From contig JAYWIR010000010.1 in the NCBI GenBank assembly GCA_036172245.1, forward strand, positions 3,224,001-3,288,000: a stretch of 64,000 nucleotides of DNA, written 5' to 3'. The DNA comes from Raillietiella orientalis (Eukaryota). Shown here piece after piece: positions 12,900 to 25,879 of this stretch. A program made the position numbers and the translations under genes. The first letter of the stretch is position 1, and each line of letters starts with the position of its first letter. The notes beneath the pieces were generated by a model, which saw nothing but the letters and a program-made list of their open reading frames with translations, did no database searches and was not told the origin of the DNA.

Positions 12900-13450
12900 A
12901 GAAGCCGCTGTCGCGTCTCCCACCGTCCTGCCAGTTGCTGCCTCCCGAAGAACAGCGCACTGACCTCACCCACGCAATTGCTGGCCGCTCCACTCTTTGA
13001 CGACTTCCTCTTTGACCTCCGACCGGGAGAAGCGCCCCCCGTTCCGGGTTCTTACGCTCCCGGAGGGTTGAAGTTTTCGCTCTCTCCTCGGTGCAGATGC
13101 AGAGGACGCGACAGGGTGGCCGGGAAAATCACGACGGCGGGAAAACGCACCCGAGGGGTTTCGCACGCGAACGTCCATGCACAAGAAGGGATTTATGGCC
13201 ATCCTGGAGCTCCGACAAAGGGAGACTCCTTCCTCCGATGATTTGGGAATTTGAGGAGCTCTGCTCCGACATTATGCTCGGGAGAAGCCGTCTGCATAAA
13301 TCAAGCCGATGCCAGTTCAGCAAGTCGTTCTGTCGAGCGCTCCAGCGGACCGACTGCGCTCCATCACAGAAGCCACGGGTAGGGAGGGGCCGGCATTGAT
13401 CGACCTCTAAATGTCCTTTTGGAAAAGAAAGATAAAAGCTGCACAGATTC
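12900..13450 (-). mobile_element. Possible non-LTR ORF1 (RRM-like) remnant
   Basis: IIGGRSLPLSELQDGHKSLLVHG resembles ALEQKSIIIHG at ~21820. GC-rich and frameshifted. Confidence 0.3.
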
Positions 13451-15149
13451 ACCGAATCAGCACGCGATATGCGGCTGAGAGAGAGGAGGGGGGAGGGGAA
13501 GCAACTGCTTCACCCTCCCACTGAGAGGCAGAGGAGTGAAGGGAAGCAGACATCCAGGAGGAATGCTAGCGGCGAAGTCAAGAGGTGCGTAGGGACAGTA
13601 CGGTGCAGAAGGGAGAGCAAACGAAACGGGACGCATCCTTCTCTTCTCTTCAGCGGGTGAGAGGACAATGGGACGCACTTGTCGCCGCCCTGTTCCTTCT
13701 GGTGCCTCTGAGCCGGACGCGAGACAAGAACTGAGGTCTCTCCGTGCGCCACGCCAAGTGGAGCCGTGTCCCCTCGCTGGCGGAAGAAAGCCGAGTTCCG
13801 AAAGCGCTCCTGCGAAGATCTCAGTCCCCTTTCATCCACTCCCTTTTTTTTCTCCTCCTCCCCCGCACGCCTCAATCCATCAGTGGAAGCGAGAACACTC
13901 CTTTCGCCCTAGGCGCGATGCGGTCGCGAGCATGCCGCGGTTCTCAGGTCTGATGGACTGTCAGGGTAGTCTGAATCTTCTCCTACTCCCAGCAGTCGAA
14001 AGACCGAGGGAGCGTATGGATCGTCCCCTCTCGTGCGAGCGCTCCGGACGGGAATCGATCGCGAGGAGAGGAGCCCCAGGCGTTTCGGTTCTTCGCGGCT
14101 ATGGAGCACCCAACCGGTGCGCCTGCAGGCGCTTCTCAATTGATTCCGGAGATCGTAGACTTCTCTCAACGATCCTCGGATTGGGGTCGGAATCCTAGAG
14201 CTGTGCAAAATCGAAAGCGGTCTCGAAAGGCTCTGGCCCGGGGAAAACGAGGATGCGTGAGGAACGGGAGGGGGGGAGGGGTTCAGGGAGCCGCGGACTG
14301 GAGCACGAACCGAAAGGCGTGGCTTGCAGCTTGGGCTCTGGGGGGCCGGAAGCGGTGCACATCTCCCCTGGTGCCGGCAACTTTCCTTCCTGGCGTGTGC
14401 AGGGGCGACGCCCTCCCGTTGGTCGCAGCCGCTGGCGATTTGCACGAGCAGAGACTGCTCGCGGGGAAGAAGCAAGGAGACTTCCGTGGGGAAGGGATTT
14501 CCAGCCACCTGCGGTAGCTGCGTGCAGCGATCTGTAGAAATAAAGGAGACATCGGGTAGCGCGGAGACCCGAAACAATCCTCGCACCGAAGCAGTCACCG
14601 CGAAGTGAGGAACCAGTCGGTATGGGAACCGAGGTGAGGAGAACCGGCCATCCAGAAGGATTTTTTTTTTTCTTCTCTTCGACTCGCCTTCGTTAAAGAA
14701 AGGACGTCTTTCATCACGGAGATGGTATTGTCTATAATGAAATGTGCCTGCGCTCCCTGAACGTGGAATAAGAGCAGATTTTTTTTTTTTTTCCTCCCGA
14801 AACAATGTGCCTCTGGAATTCCACAGGGAGGAGCTTCCTAAGGAGCCCTGTGCGAATCTGGTGGCTACTGACAGTTGAGCTGGAAGAACAGTACCATAAA
14901 AATGCAGCACGACCGTGACCGAAACGATCCGAACTGAAAGTTTAGCAACGGAAGGATGCAATTTTGCTCTTTGAAGCTGCGCATGTACCAGCTAACGGAG
15001 AGCGGCGGGCGCGGTTGTTTGACCGGTCCATAGGAATCTGCGCGGCTCTTTGAACGACAGCAAAAACATCGATGTCGCGACAGCTCCGTGAGGAAGGAAG
15101 GTTTTCACTAGTTCACTCTGGATCGTTTATTTTTAAAAATAAACAACAA

Positions 15150-15570
15150 GAGTCAGAAACTAAGAAATTGCAAACAAAAAAGAAGTTCATGAAGTGGACC
15201 AGCGGGACGCAGATCGGCTTTCAAAAAGTAGGAAAAGAAGGGGAGAGGGACACTAAATAAGTGAAAGAAAGACGGAAGGCTAGGAATAGGGGTCTTTGGT
15301 TGAAGACCATTACTTCTAGAAGCGGCTCTGGACAGTGGCGATCTCCCTGGAGAATTCCGGCAGATGAGGTCACCTTGCAGCTGTCCTCGTGAAGGCGACT
15401 GTCATGCTAGTAACCTCCATTCTCCGCGAACCTGACTCCAGCACATGGAGGACTGTCACTATGGCGCGGATGCAACGGACTGTTTCTGTCACCTGCCGGA
15501 AGTTACCCGTTGCCGAGAGTTTCAGAAGAACAGCGGAAGAACACTAAAGGCGATAAGTGATGAGTTGACT
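15150..15570 (-). mobile_element. Non-LTR 3' end and UTR (family A), part of composite module copy 1
   Basis: Nucleotide homology to 31550-31980 and to 53930-54020 plus 54531-54780 (e.g. ggtctttggttgaagac; atggaggactgtcactat). Confidence 0.65.
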
Positions 15571-16100
15571 ATGTTGGCCTACCCACCAGCCTCCCTCTTC
15601 GCCGCAGTGGTGTCCTCTGCTGTCGGGGTATATGTTACCTGTCTATCGGCGAAGTGGGAGGTTTCCTGCAAGATCTTGGCACGCAGGAAGCCTATCGGTG
15701 GCTGGACTCCGCATCAGCTGGTTGACGCGGCAACAGCAAGAACCATCTCCAAGGGACTGCAACGTTGGAGGAACTCTTCTCCATTAAGCCGAGGAGTTGA
15801 AAGTGTCCCTGGTATTTATGGACAGGAAGATGCTTCTCCTCAAGTGGCAGCAATCGGCGTGCTGATACTGCACAGACTGAGGTCTTCCGTGCAATGCGTG
15901 CCGGCATTACTGGACGAGGGGAAACTTATCGCCGAAGTGTCCCACGTGTGAAGAGAAGGAGACCTTACCCCACCTCATAGTGCAGTGCGTCGCCCTCCGG
16001 GACTTGTGAGAACGCTTTTCCGCGTCCCTTCCACACGCCGTGGACGACCCCAGAGACTCTTTGACCCAGAGACTCTCAGTCGCAGCTCCGTGCTGCGTGC
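15570..16100 (+). mobile_element. L1/Tx1-like zf-RVT fragment (family B), part of composite module copy 1
   Basis: CPTCEEKETLPHLIVQCVALRDL*ERFS (CxxC…H…C motif), homologous to 31990-32520. Confidence 0.75.
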
Positions 16101-17111
16101 GCGGTGTCCTTGCGGCTAATGGAGACACCGAGGGAGGCCGCAGCGACGGGGGGGCTGTGCTGCACTCCACCGCTCCTGCGGATGGCTTCTTCCGCAGGAA
16201 GGCTGGCCCACCTGGGAAGGAAGAGCGAGGAGCTCGCTGGCATCCTTCAATATACGCTGAGGCCTCACCCACCACGAAATGCGATCCCTTCCCATCTCCC
16301 CAATTAATTTTGTCGTCGTTGTTGTTTTGTTAATCTTTATCGTTTGTTATAGTTTGTTTTCTTTTTGTTCTAATTTTGTTTCATTCCTCTTCCCCTTCGT
16401 GTACGTGATGGACTTCACTGGATCTCCCTCTTTTTTCCTAATGTAATAATTGGAATCGGTGAGCCTTTTGGCTCCATCGATTCCTGCAAGAGGAAGAAAC
16501 GCCTCGGCGCACCCGGCTGTGAAATCACAGAGCCTTTCTTGAGCCTGCTTTCTGTGAAGAATCGTCGCAGCAAGTTCCTAGCGGTTTCCTGCGGTTGTCG
16601 CAGAGGCGAAGCGAGTCTCCACCACATGTCCTCCAGGGCACTGCAGTCCAGCAAAAGATGCAGGAGATGCAGAGGTGACTGCATCACCCCGCACGCGGAA
16701 CAGTCCGAGGAGGCATCTCTCCCAGAAACCAGGCGCCTGCGTTGGTTGCACCGGAATCCCCTCTGCAGAAACAACAGAACGTACCTTTGAATCGGAGCCG
16801 GAACACGGAGGTGTCCAAACACAGGGGAGGAACTACGAGTTCTTCGAAGGATATTCCAAAAAGCTCACACCATGGAAGGAGACCACGGAAACGAGGGGTG
16901 GCGGTGTTCACCAATCCGCTTGTCTTGCAGCCGTTGAAGAGTTTTTCGATTCATGCAATGCTGCTGGAGAGCTTCCACCCCACCGGCTGGCTTCTGTGAT
17001 TGCTTGCCCTGAGGGCAGACAGTGCTGCGGCAAGGGGCGTGATTGCCATCCCGGGCCACTGCGTCGAATCCTGCAGGAGATCTCCCAACGGTTTGCGGAA
17101 GAGATTCTGCA
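15970..17111. repeat. ~1.14 kb near-identical duplication, copy 1 (copy 2 at 54780-55921)
   Basis: Constant offset of 38810. ORFs 16040..16333 = 54850..55143; 16415..16822 and 55225..55632 differ by one residue. Confidence 0.97.
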
Positions 17112-17560
17112 ACAATAGCAGTTCTTCTGGGCGCACTTTCAAAGAGATGACCCAAGACTACAGACCTTTCTGTCTCCAGGCATTCCAGTTCATGGGGAGG
17201 CAGGAGATGCACGGATGGGCTAGCAGTAGGGAGGACAGATGCCTCAAAGAATAGCCGAATCCAGTCCTCCGGCGTACGTTGCGCGGTAGAAGCGAAGGAA
17301 GTACTGCTCTCCCAACGCATCGCTGGAGCATGTTGCTTGCCGGAGCCCACCAATGGGAGAACCAAAATTTCCCACAAAATTTCCTAAAATTTCACACAGG
17401 AAGAGAAGTCGGAACTGTACATGCAGCCCGATCTTCTCGATGGTGAGGATGCCCAAGCCAGAGTCCTAGCGCTGCACCAGCAATTCTTTCAGTCGGATCC
17501 GAGACCTTGTAGCTCCCCACAAGGCTTTACATAGGAAGGGAACGCTTGCGTAAGCAACCG
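16410..17560 (-). mobile_element. L1/Tx1-like ORF2 3' end with zf-RVT (family C)
   Basis: SGLGILTIEK (GGLG-type motif, ~17460), then CSACGVMQSPLHLLHLLLDCSALEDMWWRLASPL in ORF 16415..16822. Confidence 0.75.
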
Positions 17561-17899
17561 GCTGCTTTTCAATGCTTCGGTGCACTCGTTTCTTCGCTCA
17601 TTACGGGTGACTCATAACAAACCCCAGACTCTTTGCCGCGACGGTCATCTGCACCAGCTGAGCGAAATAGGTCACAGCACGGGATGGCAAAAGAAGGCTC
17701 AGTTTGTCGTACGACCAGGGTGTTTGAAAGCTCTCAGCAGTCACCCAGTTCACGAGGCTTCATTCAAATTTAGAAGAATCGAGAAAAGCACTCCACCGAG
17801 CGTGACGGCAGCTCAAAAGATGTGCATGTGTGAGAATTCGCTATTCTTCAGTAATGAAGATCGATGAACCTTGCTCACTGTCGTTCAGATATAGACAGA

Positions 17900-18230
17900 A
17901 ACAAATCGAGCCCATCCAAGAAATCATCTCCGCGATATTTTGTTGGCTGGAATTCTAAGAAATCTTGAACGTGCAGTTCAGAAGACGTGCAAAAACAGGA
18001 GGGTTTCTGGAGCTAAACGTCAGCTCGAATTCGAAAGCGTCACGAAGCTTCGGTTGGTCCAAGGACCACGGTGTCCATGGAAACTCACTGAGACTCACTG
18101 ACACTGCCTTGCAGTTCTGGCCTGATTTTCTTTCGGTCGCATCCAAAGAATGGGTACGTTCCTTCCAACACGTGTTCAATTCATTCGATAGGATCTTGAG
18201 GCTGAACACCAATGATGAACTCTAAGAAAC
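17900..18230 (-). pseudogene. Possible leucine-rich-repeat gene remnant
   Basis: SLSEFPW…PKL spacing is reminiscent of arthropod LRR proteins. Very decayed. Confidence 0.2.
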
Positions 18231-21200
18231 TTTGGAAAACATCTAGAGCCAACCAGTCGCTTCATTTCTCGAGAAAGCGCTTTTCTCTTTTCACGAAAAT
18301 CTGAATTTTAATTCTGGATTCAAATATGCAAGAGCTTTAGCAAAGGGCGTCCATTCGATCCAGTGTTTAATGAAGAAAGCAATGAAAGATCTTTCTGACC
18401 TCATCTCTGTAGATTCGTTTACATTAAACTGCTCCTTGCGTTTATTTCCCTGTGCATTTCAAATGATAAATGCATGAAGTTAGAACTTATGGAAGACACT
18501 CTTTTGCTTGAGGAGTTCAATTCAGTATTTTTTTTTATCTTAATAAATAGCAAACAAAGGTAGGCAGTTGAGCGAATATCTTGAAATTTTATGCCGAAGT
18601 AAAATGAGCATGATAAAATGAATACCTACACAGCATAGTTGCAAAACAGTGTCGAAATGAGCTCCGAAAACCGGAAGGTTACCCCGAAAGTCTTTGCTCA
18701 TCGTCTTCAGACTTTTTTCCTGCCTTATCCGAATTCATGGATTGCGACTTTTGTTGCATCTGATGAGGATGGACTGCGCGGTTATTGGATGCACTCAATT
18801 CATCACTTTTTGGTGAAACAGTGGGAAATACACACCAAAGAAGTGTTTCAGACAACAGCACGGGACAACAAGAGGGAGTTACATGGATTTTGAAGAATGC
18901 ACGAGCATTTGAGCACAACCTCTAAAAAAAAAATTTTAAGTCAGGTGCTCCAAAAATTCAAGGAGTCAGGACACTGCATTTGCTATAATTACATCTTGAA
19001 TCACAAAGGATTAGGAATACATTAGTTCTTCGATGCTCGATTTGCAATTTCCTCTCGAGAAACGCAAATCCATATCGGAAAGATTTTTGCATTGAAATTT
19101 GCCAATCCTCAAATCATAATCGCGGAATCATGATTTGGTAACTGATTACCAAACTGACTAACTTAATTAAATCATAAGCTGCCGGGAATGATTATAGAAT
19201 CATTCAGTCAGCATTTCACCCTAGAAGGAACAGATTACGCAACTACTTACATGTGCCACTAAGAACAAAGCTACTACAGGTATGCTACCAACAAAGTTTA
19301 CTGAATGGTACACCATGGAGTCAGAATCAGCTGTTGAACAGAGTATCTGTTAAAAACCGAAACCGGTCCATTAGACCAATTCAGTCATCATTATAATCAA
19401 CCAATTCTTTCTTTGTCTGTTATACCGCTACGGATATTTTTGTTATTTCAAGTTGTTGTTTCAATTTGTTATTCCCTGATTTCTTCTCTTAGTTTAGCTG
19501 CCTCTATTATGAGTAGCTCAAAGAATAAAAAATCAACAGCTCTTCGTTCAAGCAGAGGAATTGCTAGGGCTGTGTTGGAATACTTGAAAAAAACAAGGAA
19601 TTCTGGAAAAGTAGACAACTGTTCTGGCATTATGCCCTAATGACGGAATCAATGATACGAAGACTGACCTTGAAACGAATCACTGCATTTACGCGACTAC
19701 TACTATCATCAATGGATTTTTTTTCCTCATTTAGGAGGCACATTTTCTCGGATTTTGGATTTCATCGATCTAGTTCTTGCAAGACAATATTTTCCTCTCA
19801 CCGATCATCCGAGATGCAGAGTTCAGCTTCAGCTACTGGCAGAAACATTGCAAAAGCATCAGTAACTACAAAGTTTGGCAAGAATTCTTTCATAATGATA
19901 GTGGAAAAAAAAGACAGAGGGCAAATAAAAATGGTGGTCGGCTCCACTTCAAGTTTCAGAAACTTCACATCAATTCAGTTTTTAAGGATTCCTGCAGACA
20001 TAGCCTTTTATGTGTTCCCCGTGAATCCAGAAAACGCCTAGGGAAAAGCAGTTTGGGGCAGGATACCCGTTATTGCGTTGCTTAATCTCCTCATCAGCAC
20101 TTGGTTGTAATAATTTGCTATTCAAACTTCAATGTGTGAAGCAATGTTAATCAAAGCCCCTCGTCAACATTTACTTATTGCCCATTTCTCTTCCATACTC
20201 TTCGGAGCAGGTGCTTTGACACTACCCTGAAGGCGAAATCGCAACACTTCGTGTCCCTGCCGTGCGCACTCTCCGTAAGGTGAAGCAGAACCCTTTAAGT
20301 TTTGATGGCTTGAAACTGCGATTTCATAAGAAAAGTAGCTCTTTCCTTCCAATCTTTTGAGCAGCATGAACAAAAATGCGTTATACATATATTTTTTTCA
20401 TCTGGTGTTCCAAAAAAAAAATAAAAAAAAATTCATTAAAATGCTTCTAAGCTGCTCTGCACCCACGAGCACGTGACATTGGTGAGTACAACGACATCTG
20501 CGTCCTCCAACAGTCTGTTCAGTTGTTTTTTTACCCCTACTTTCTGTATCCAACGTCAAACCGAAGAAAACATCTGAGGTCCTCTGGGCACGTGAACTCT
20601 CGATCTCGAGCCTGCGACCGAACCGTTGTCATGGTCTCGGAGCAGATCGCAGTCGCGGAGCAGATCAATTTAGGGAGATCGGTTCAACGACTGGCCGATC
20701 CGCTTGGGCATCGCAGGGAGCTGGCGATGCCTTGCACTGATGCTTGCCAAGGAGTAAGTTGCACATCTGCCAGCACTCTTTTTCTAGGGACAAGAGAGCT
20801 CAAAAGACCAGCGGCTCCTGACTGAAAATTTTATTGGATTTTTCGAATCCCTAATGATAACTAATGATCATCTTACATGTAGGTGTGCGACCACTCGTAT
20901 GGCCTTGGTGAAACCCCGTGCTCGGCGAAGTTTCCTTGGAAAACTGAGCGAGGAAGACCACGAGAATACACCCTACGAAGGACGCACCACTGTAGTAGCT
21001 GTTAGTATTTCAAGAGCCTCTCTAAGCATTATGATGCATGCATCTTTCTTGAAACACCTCCCGTGAAGTTGGAAGGATGGAAGCAACTCTTTGGTGCAGA
21101 CTGATTCTGGTGACGAGCGATCTTGTCGAGGTTTGCATTCAGAGCGTCCGTCGCAACTCCAGAATGATGATGACCATTGGATCCATTCGTTTTCGCGACA

Positions 21201-21649
21201 CAGACTCGCTAACCTGATAAAGAAAAAAACACGCACACACAGATACACACATACGAAAACGCCTTCATCGATTTCTGCCGGTCTGTGTTCACGCAGCATT
21301 TCATTTATTCAATATCTTATCGTTGCTGCGCTCCAGCCCAAGATAATGCGAGAGCAATCTCATTGTTTTCCCCTGAGGTCCTCCAGCATTCAGTCTGGTG
21401 AACTTCACAGACGTGAAACCCGAAGAAATTGGGGATGTAGGAAGTTCCCTAATGTGGTTCTGGAGGAAGCTTTTCGAGACCTGTCTGGAAAGACAGAAAC
21501 TCATTCCGGAGAAAGCGGGCGTTTGCTCCGAGGCTGGGGTTCTTTTGCTGATGTCGACCATCATCGATGACTACCTAACTTCCTTTTCCTGTCAGGAAAG
21601 CAGGAGGTCGTGGGAGACATTTCAGATTTTCCCTAGCGCAACGAGTAGC

Positions 21650-22170
21650 TCTTGACTCGGTCATGTGGACCACATCGTCGCATCCACCAGGCAGTTGCGG
21701 CGCCGACGTCGAGCTTGACGTGTCGAAGACGAATTGAAGATATTATCTGAGCTATTCCCAACAAACTGAACTCGTTCACTCCTGGAGTCGAGTAGGAACC
21801 ACCCAGACCTAGCGCTCTAGAACAAAAGTCGATTATCATACATGGGGTTGACTGCCCACATCAGAACTCAGAAAAAGTACTGGAAGAAGGATGGCAAGGA
21901 AAGGAAACCAAGATCAGGGGACTGACCCTCCCGCTCTCTGGCGGAGAAGCGTTGGCTTTGTTCAGCTCACCACATGTAGGATCTTCAGGAGTACGACAAG
22001 CAGATGTTCCTCTCACCAATGCGGAAAACATGAAATGGAAAATGATGGCATGCGCCAAGGTCCAATATGGTCGCGGGAAATGTACCGGGAACACTGGCCA
22101 GGACACACTGATGCCGATATGTCTTTGGCAAAATGGCGGTAATGGTGGACAGCTCTCTCCAGCATCTCTT
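21650..22170 (+). mobile_element. Possible non-LTR ORF1 remnant
   Basis: LNSFTPG…ALEQKSIIIHGVD…KVQYGRGKC; short motifs shared with ~13190 (-) and ~36080 (+, LNSYTRG). Confidence 0.35.
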
Positions 22171-25100
22171 ATATGCAGTAGAATCAAGTAAAGTAAAAGC
22201 AGCACGAGTGCGTTCTGGACGCGGTCTTACGACCTCATCCGTGTTCTTCGTTGCTGCTTATGTTTGACGTATCTGTCTCGAGAATAAAAACCGCGAACGT
22301 TCAAAACAGCAAGAGTGCTCCCTAAAAGAAGTCTTGGAAGGGTTGTTGTACACGCACTTTCGTATTTAAGCCTGGAAGCGAATGATGAACACCCAAGACA
22401 CAGTCATGGTCGCTATTCTAGTCATTAGGGTTTTAAAAGTGGGACTAAGGGACACTGTGTTTTCGAGCGCGGACGCCGTTGAACGTTCAGGGATATTCAG
22501 AAAGTCGGAGATTCGTGTTTGGTCAAAGATTGGAATCTGCAAAGAAAGTTCCTGTGGAACAGGGCAGCTCATGACCCACTGTTCCCACAAGGGGTTTATT
22601 CTCCCTTTTCCAGTACAGTGATGTGTGAATTTGCTAGAATGTGAGAGCCCAGACGCTTCCGGTATTGTCGCACGACCACTGCTGAGTCCATGACAACGCA
22701 AAAATAATTTCACAGAGGTCCATGCTTTATCAGAAAGCTTCATTAAGGCAAAAGCCTGTGATTTTCATGGAGGGAGAAAAAGGCCGTCAGTTTTCGATCA
22801 GTGAGAAATAGGGACTCAGGAAAAGAAGAGTAAGCACACCAGGGGAAAAAAGCATGGCAAAAAATCTGTATTTTCGTTATCGGAATGTAATAGCAAGCAC
22901 ACCAAAGGCGTCATCTTATGGACTGCAGAAGTTTGAGAGCACAAAGAACGAATAGATCATTCACTTTCTGATGATGAGTATAATGGCAGCAAAAAAAAAC
23001 CCAATAAAGGGAAATTCAACCTGCCAAAACTCTTGACAGTTTTTCCATCAAATACTTCGATATTAAAAATTATTTGTCACTACACTGCATGCTAGAATAA
23101 TACCAGTATACATTAACGCCATGTTGATACTTAATGAACAGCTGGATCTGCTCTTAAACTCGTAACTCTTGAAAGTTTTCCCAATAAAAATCTTTAGCAA
23201 TAAACAGTTCTTTGGAGTTCTCAAAATCGGATCGTGACGATCTGTTGATCTTGGCCTTGAGAGACATTCAAACAGTGATGAAAATGCAGTTTCATAGCTG
23301 CTGCAATCACCAGAGTTCACTTTTGGCGATTCAGAGGCCTTCCTTTACACAATGCGTCATCTTCCAGCGGGAAATCTCTTTAAGGATGTTATAAGAATGC
23401 AAGTATGAAGTCTCTCGGGCGATCGTATACGAGAACGTTGCAGTGGGGGCACTGGCGGTCCCCACTCGGCTCGTCACTGAAAGCTGCCAATTCCTCCAGA
23501 GTTCTCATAAGTATATGAATTATGAAGCAAGCCGGGAACAGATCTTCATGGCTGAGTTGCTCAAAGCGTAAAGAGGGTTTTCTGCTCGAGGTTAAACCTC
23601 AAAACAGAAAAACTGGAGCAGGGGGACTGGGGAAACATCGTATGAAGCAGTTTGCGTTCTAGATCTGTGTAAACGTTCCGGAAGGCGGGCAGATCCAGAA
23701 GAAGAAATGAAATAAAACGAAACTGGAAGTGGCAAGGAAGTGCTGACGAGCTGGGCGGTTTATTGAAACGGAAGGCTATGTGGGGCTGCTTGCATCTTGC
23801 TCGAGCTACGGAGAAGCTCTGGCAGTGTGCTGCCCTAAGCAGCGAACATGCAGCTGGTACTTCTGTATCCGAACCGATTTATGCATATCCGATACGATAT
23901 TCTTTTTCTTTGCAAATTTAGGTTTGGGAGGTACTACAGTTCAGCTTATCATCTGCCTGACCTACAAGATATGAGCATTTGGATCTCATAAAAGAAACCA
24001 TGCAAATCTTATGAAAACCTAATGAAGGTTTGCTCCGACAGCAATGCGGCCAAGGAGATTCAAACGCAATTTCAAAGATATTTATGGAAGCAAATGCACT
24101 GCAGCTTGGATATTGGTGAAGATTTCTCCGATGGGGATACCTGGAATGGTTCCAGCTAAAGTTCTCAGCATAGACTTGGGGAACATCAATGAAGGGCTTT
24201 TCTGTGCAAATATCAGACTCTTGACCATAAATCTTAGAAGTTGTTCTGTTGATTCTTCCAACCAACAACACAGTGAAAATGAAGAAAGCACAAACATCTG
24301 CAAATATGAGCAGCTGTGACATCTGCTACAAGCTAAGGCACCAGCAAAAGTAGTGGAACCGTGTCTTGTGTTATTCTTTGCATCGAATGATGTACATTCC
24401 TCAGCATTAGGATGAGGATGTCACTGCAGCACAAGTTAAATCACAATATCAGCATTTCCCATATACTCCCATATCAGTTCGTCAACTCTTGTGATAGAAT
24501 GTAAGGAAAGCAATAGAGAGTAATGTCCCTTAAAGAGGCACTAGCACAGTTTTACTCTTCTGAACCATGGATGCAGTCTCAGGTGTGGAAGCATTCCCAA
24601 ACAAAGCTGCTATCTCGGGTTGCATCAGGAAGTTTGTTTTAGTATGGATTCAAAGTCCCAAAGGACCCCCTAAAGCGAACTTCACGCTTGATTAACAGGT
24701 GAGAAACACGACTGGAAAAGATGAGGAAGAAGAGGCGAGCACTTTGAAGTGGCCAGTCGAGGGAGATAAGCAGGTTGCCGAGGAATCATGAGCCTAGAGG
24801 AGGGAAGTTTGCAAGTAAATCACGATTCTGAAGTCATCATCTCACCAGCGAGATGAAGTACTAGTGCCCAGGAAGCCTAGCAGCTCACATCGTGACGATG
24901 GTGGCTAATCTTTCTCGTGACCGGTTCCAGGTATCCCACATTTCAGTAAACGTGTAGTTGCATGCTCGTGCACTTCCTCATCCTGGAAGATGATATTGTT
25001 TGCTTATCTTGGTTCTTCTGAACCTCTCTGCAAGTTGAGTGGGTGAAACTCAAGAAGCTGAGGAACGCTTGCTGTAGAGCAGTTTGTGCGAGTAATGAAG

Positions 25101-25879
25101 GCAGTTCAGACACCGTTCAAACTGTATCCAATAACGCTTGTGCGGAGCAATTGTTCCTCTTAAGCTGTGGCTAATCGGGTCGGATTAAGGCATCTTCCCT
25201 TTCGGTCGTTTCCTCCCTGTTGCAAAAGAGATATGCCATCTTGGAATTTAATCCGGAAGTAACTTTATAGTCGCGCATGCTCCTCTGTTCGATTTGGTAC
25301 AAGAACGCGTTTTATCTTCTTCACTCAGGATCATGTGCCGTTGGCACTCGAGTTTTGTTACTTATTCTATTTGCTTCCAGAAGACAAGCTTTGCTTTTTC
25401 CTTCTCATTCTAAATATTGGCACAGCCACTACGAGGTGGAGCGTATGATTGGTTCCGGTTCTCTTCAAGATAACGATAAGTTGGCCTTCTTAATGCTACG
25501 GATGCCATCAGAAGGAGCGAGGAGCATGTTTCTGATCACTCATGCACCAGGGTCCGCCATGTTGTTGCTTCCTTCAGTCTTCTTTTTGAACTCTGCAATT
25601 TTTATCACTCTTTGGTGATTGGAAAACGACCAATCGAGCACACGAGAAAGCTTACCGTCATCCTTCTTTATCTGGTTTTCATCCACCGCTTCGGAAAAAG
25701 CGCACATCTCCTCTTTCCTGCTGATGCTCAGGCACGAGAATGGTAGTGAGGTGCTCAAATTTCTCCACGATCGAGAAAATGCTCCAGGTTTTGTTTTGTT
25801 TTTTCGGAAAAAAAGAAGCTTGTTCTTTCTGTATGAAACTTCTAAAACAGCTGCACAGTTGTTCTTCCTGGCTGACAAT

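Noticed and set aside
13909..14961. Longest ORF in the window (350 aa, minus strand)
   Set aside because: Low-complexity R/S/P-rich translation crossing homopolymer runs in GC-rich DNA, with no recognisable domain. Likely a chance ORF in retroelement-derived sequence.
19385..19520. AT-rich patch reading LKQQLEITKISV…KELVDY (G-gamma-like) or EAAKLREEIRE (UVR-like) on the minus strand
   Set aside because: Two incompatible, short coiled-coil-type resemblances in different frames; not distinguishable from chance.
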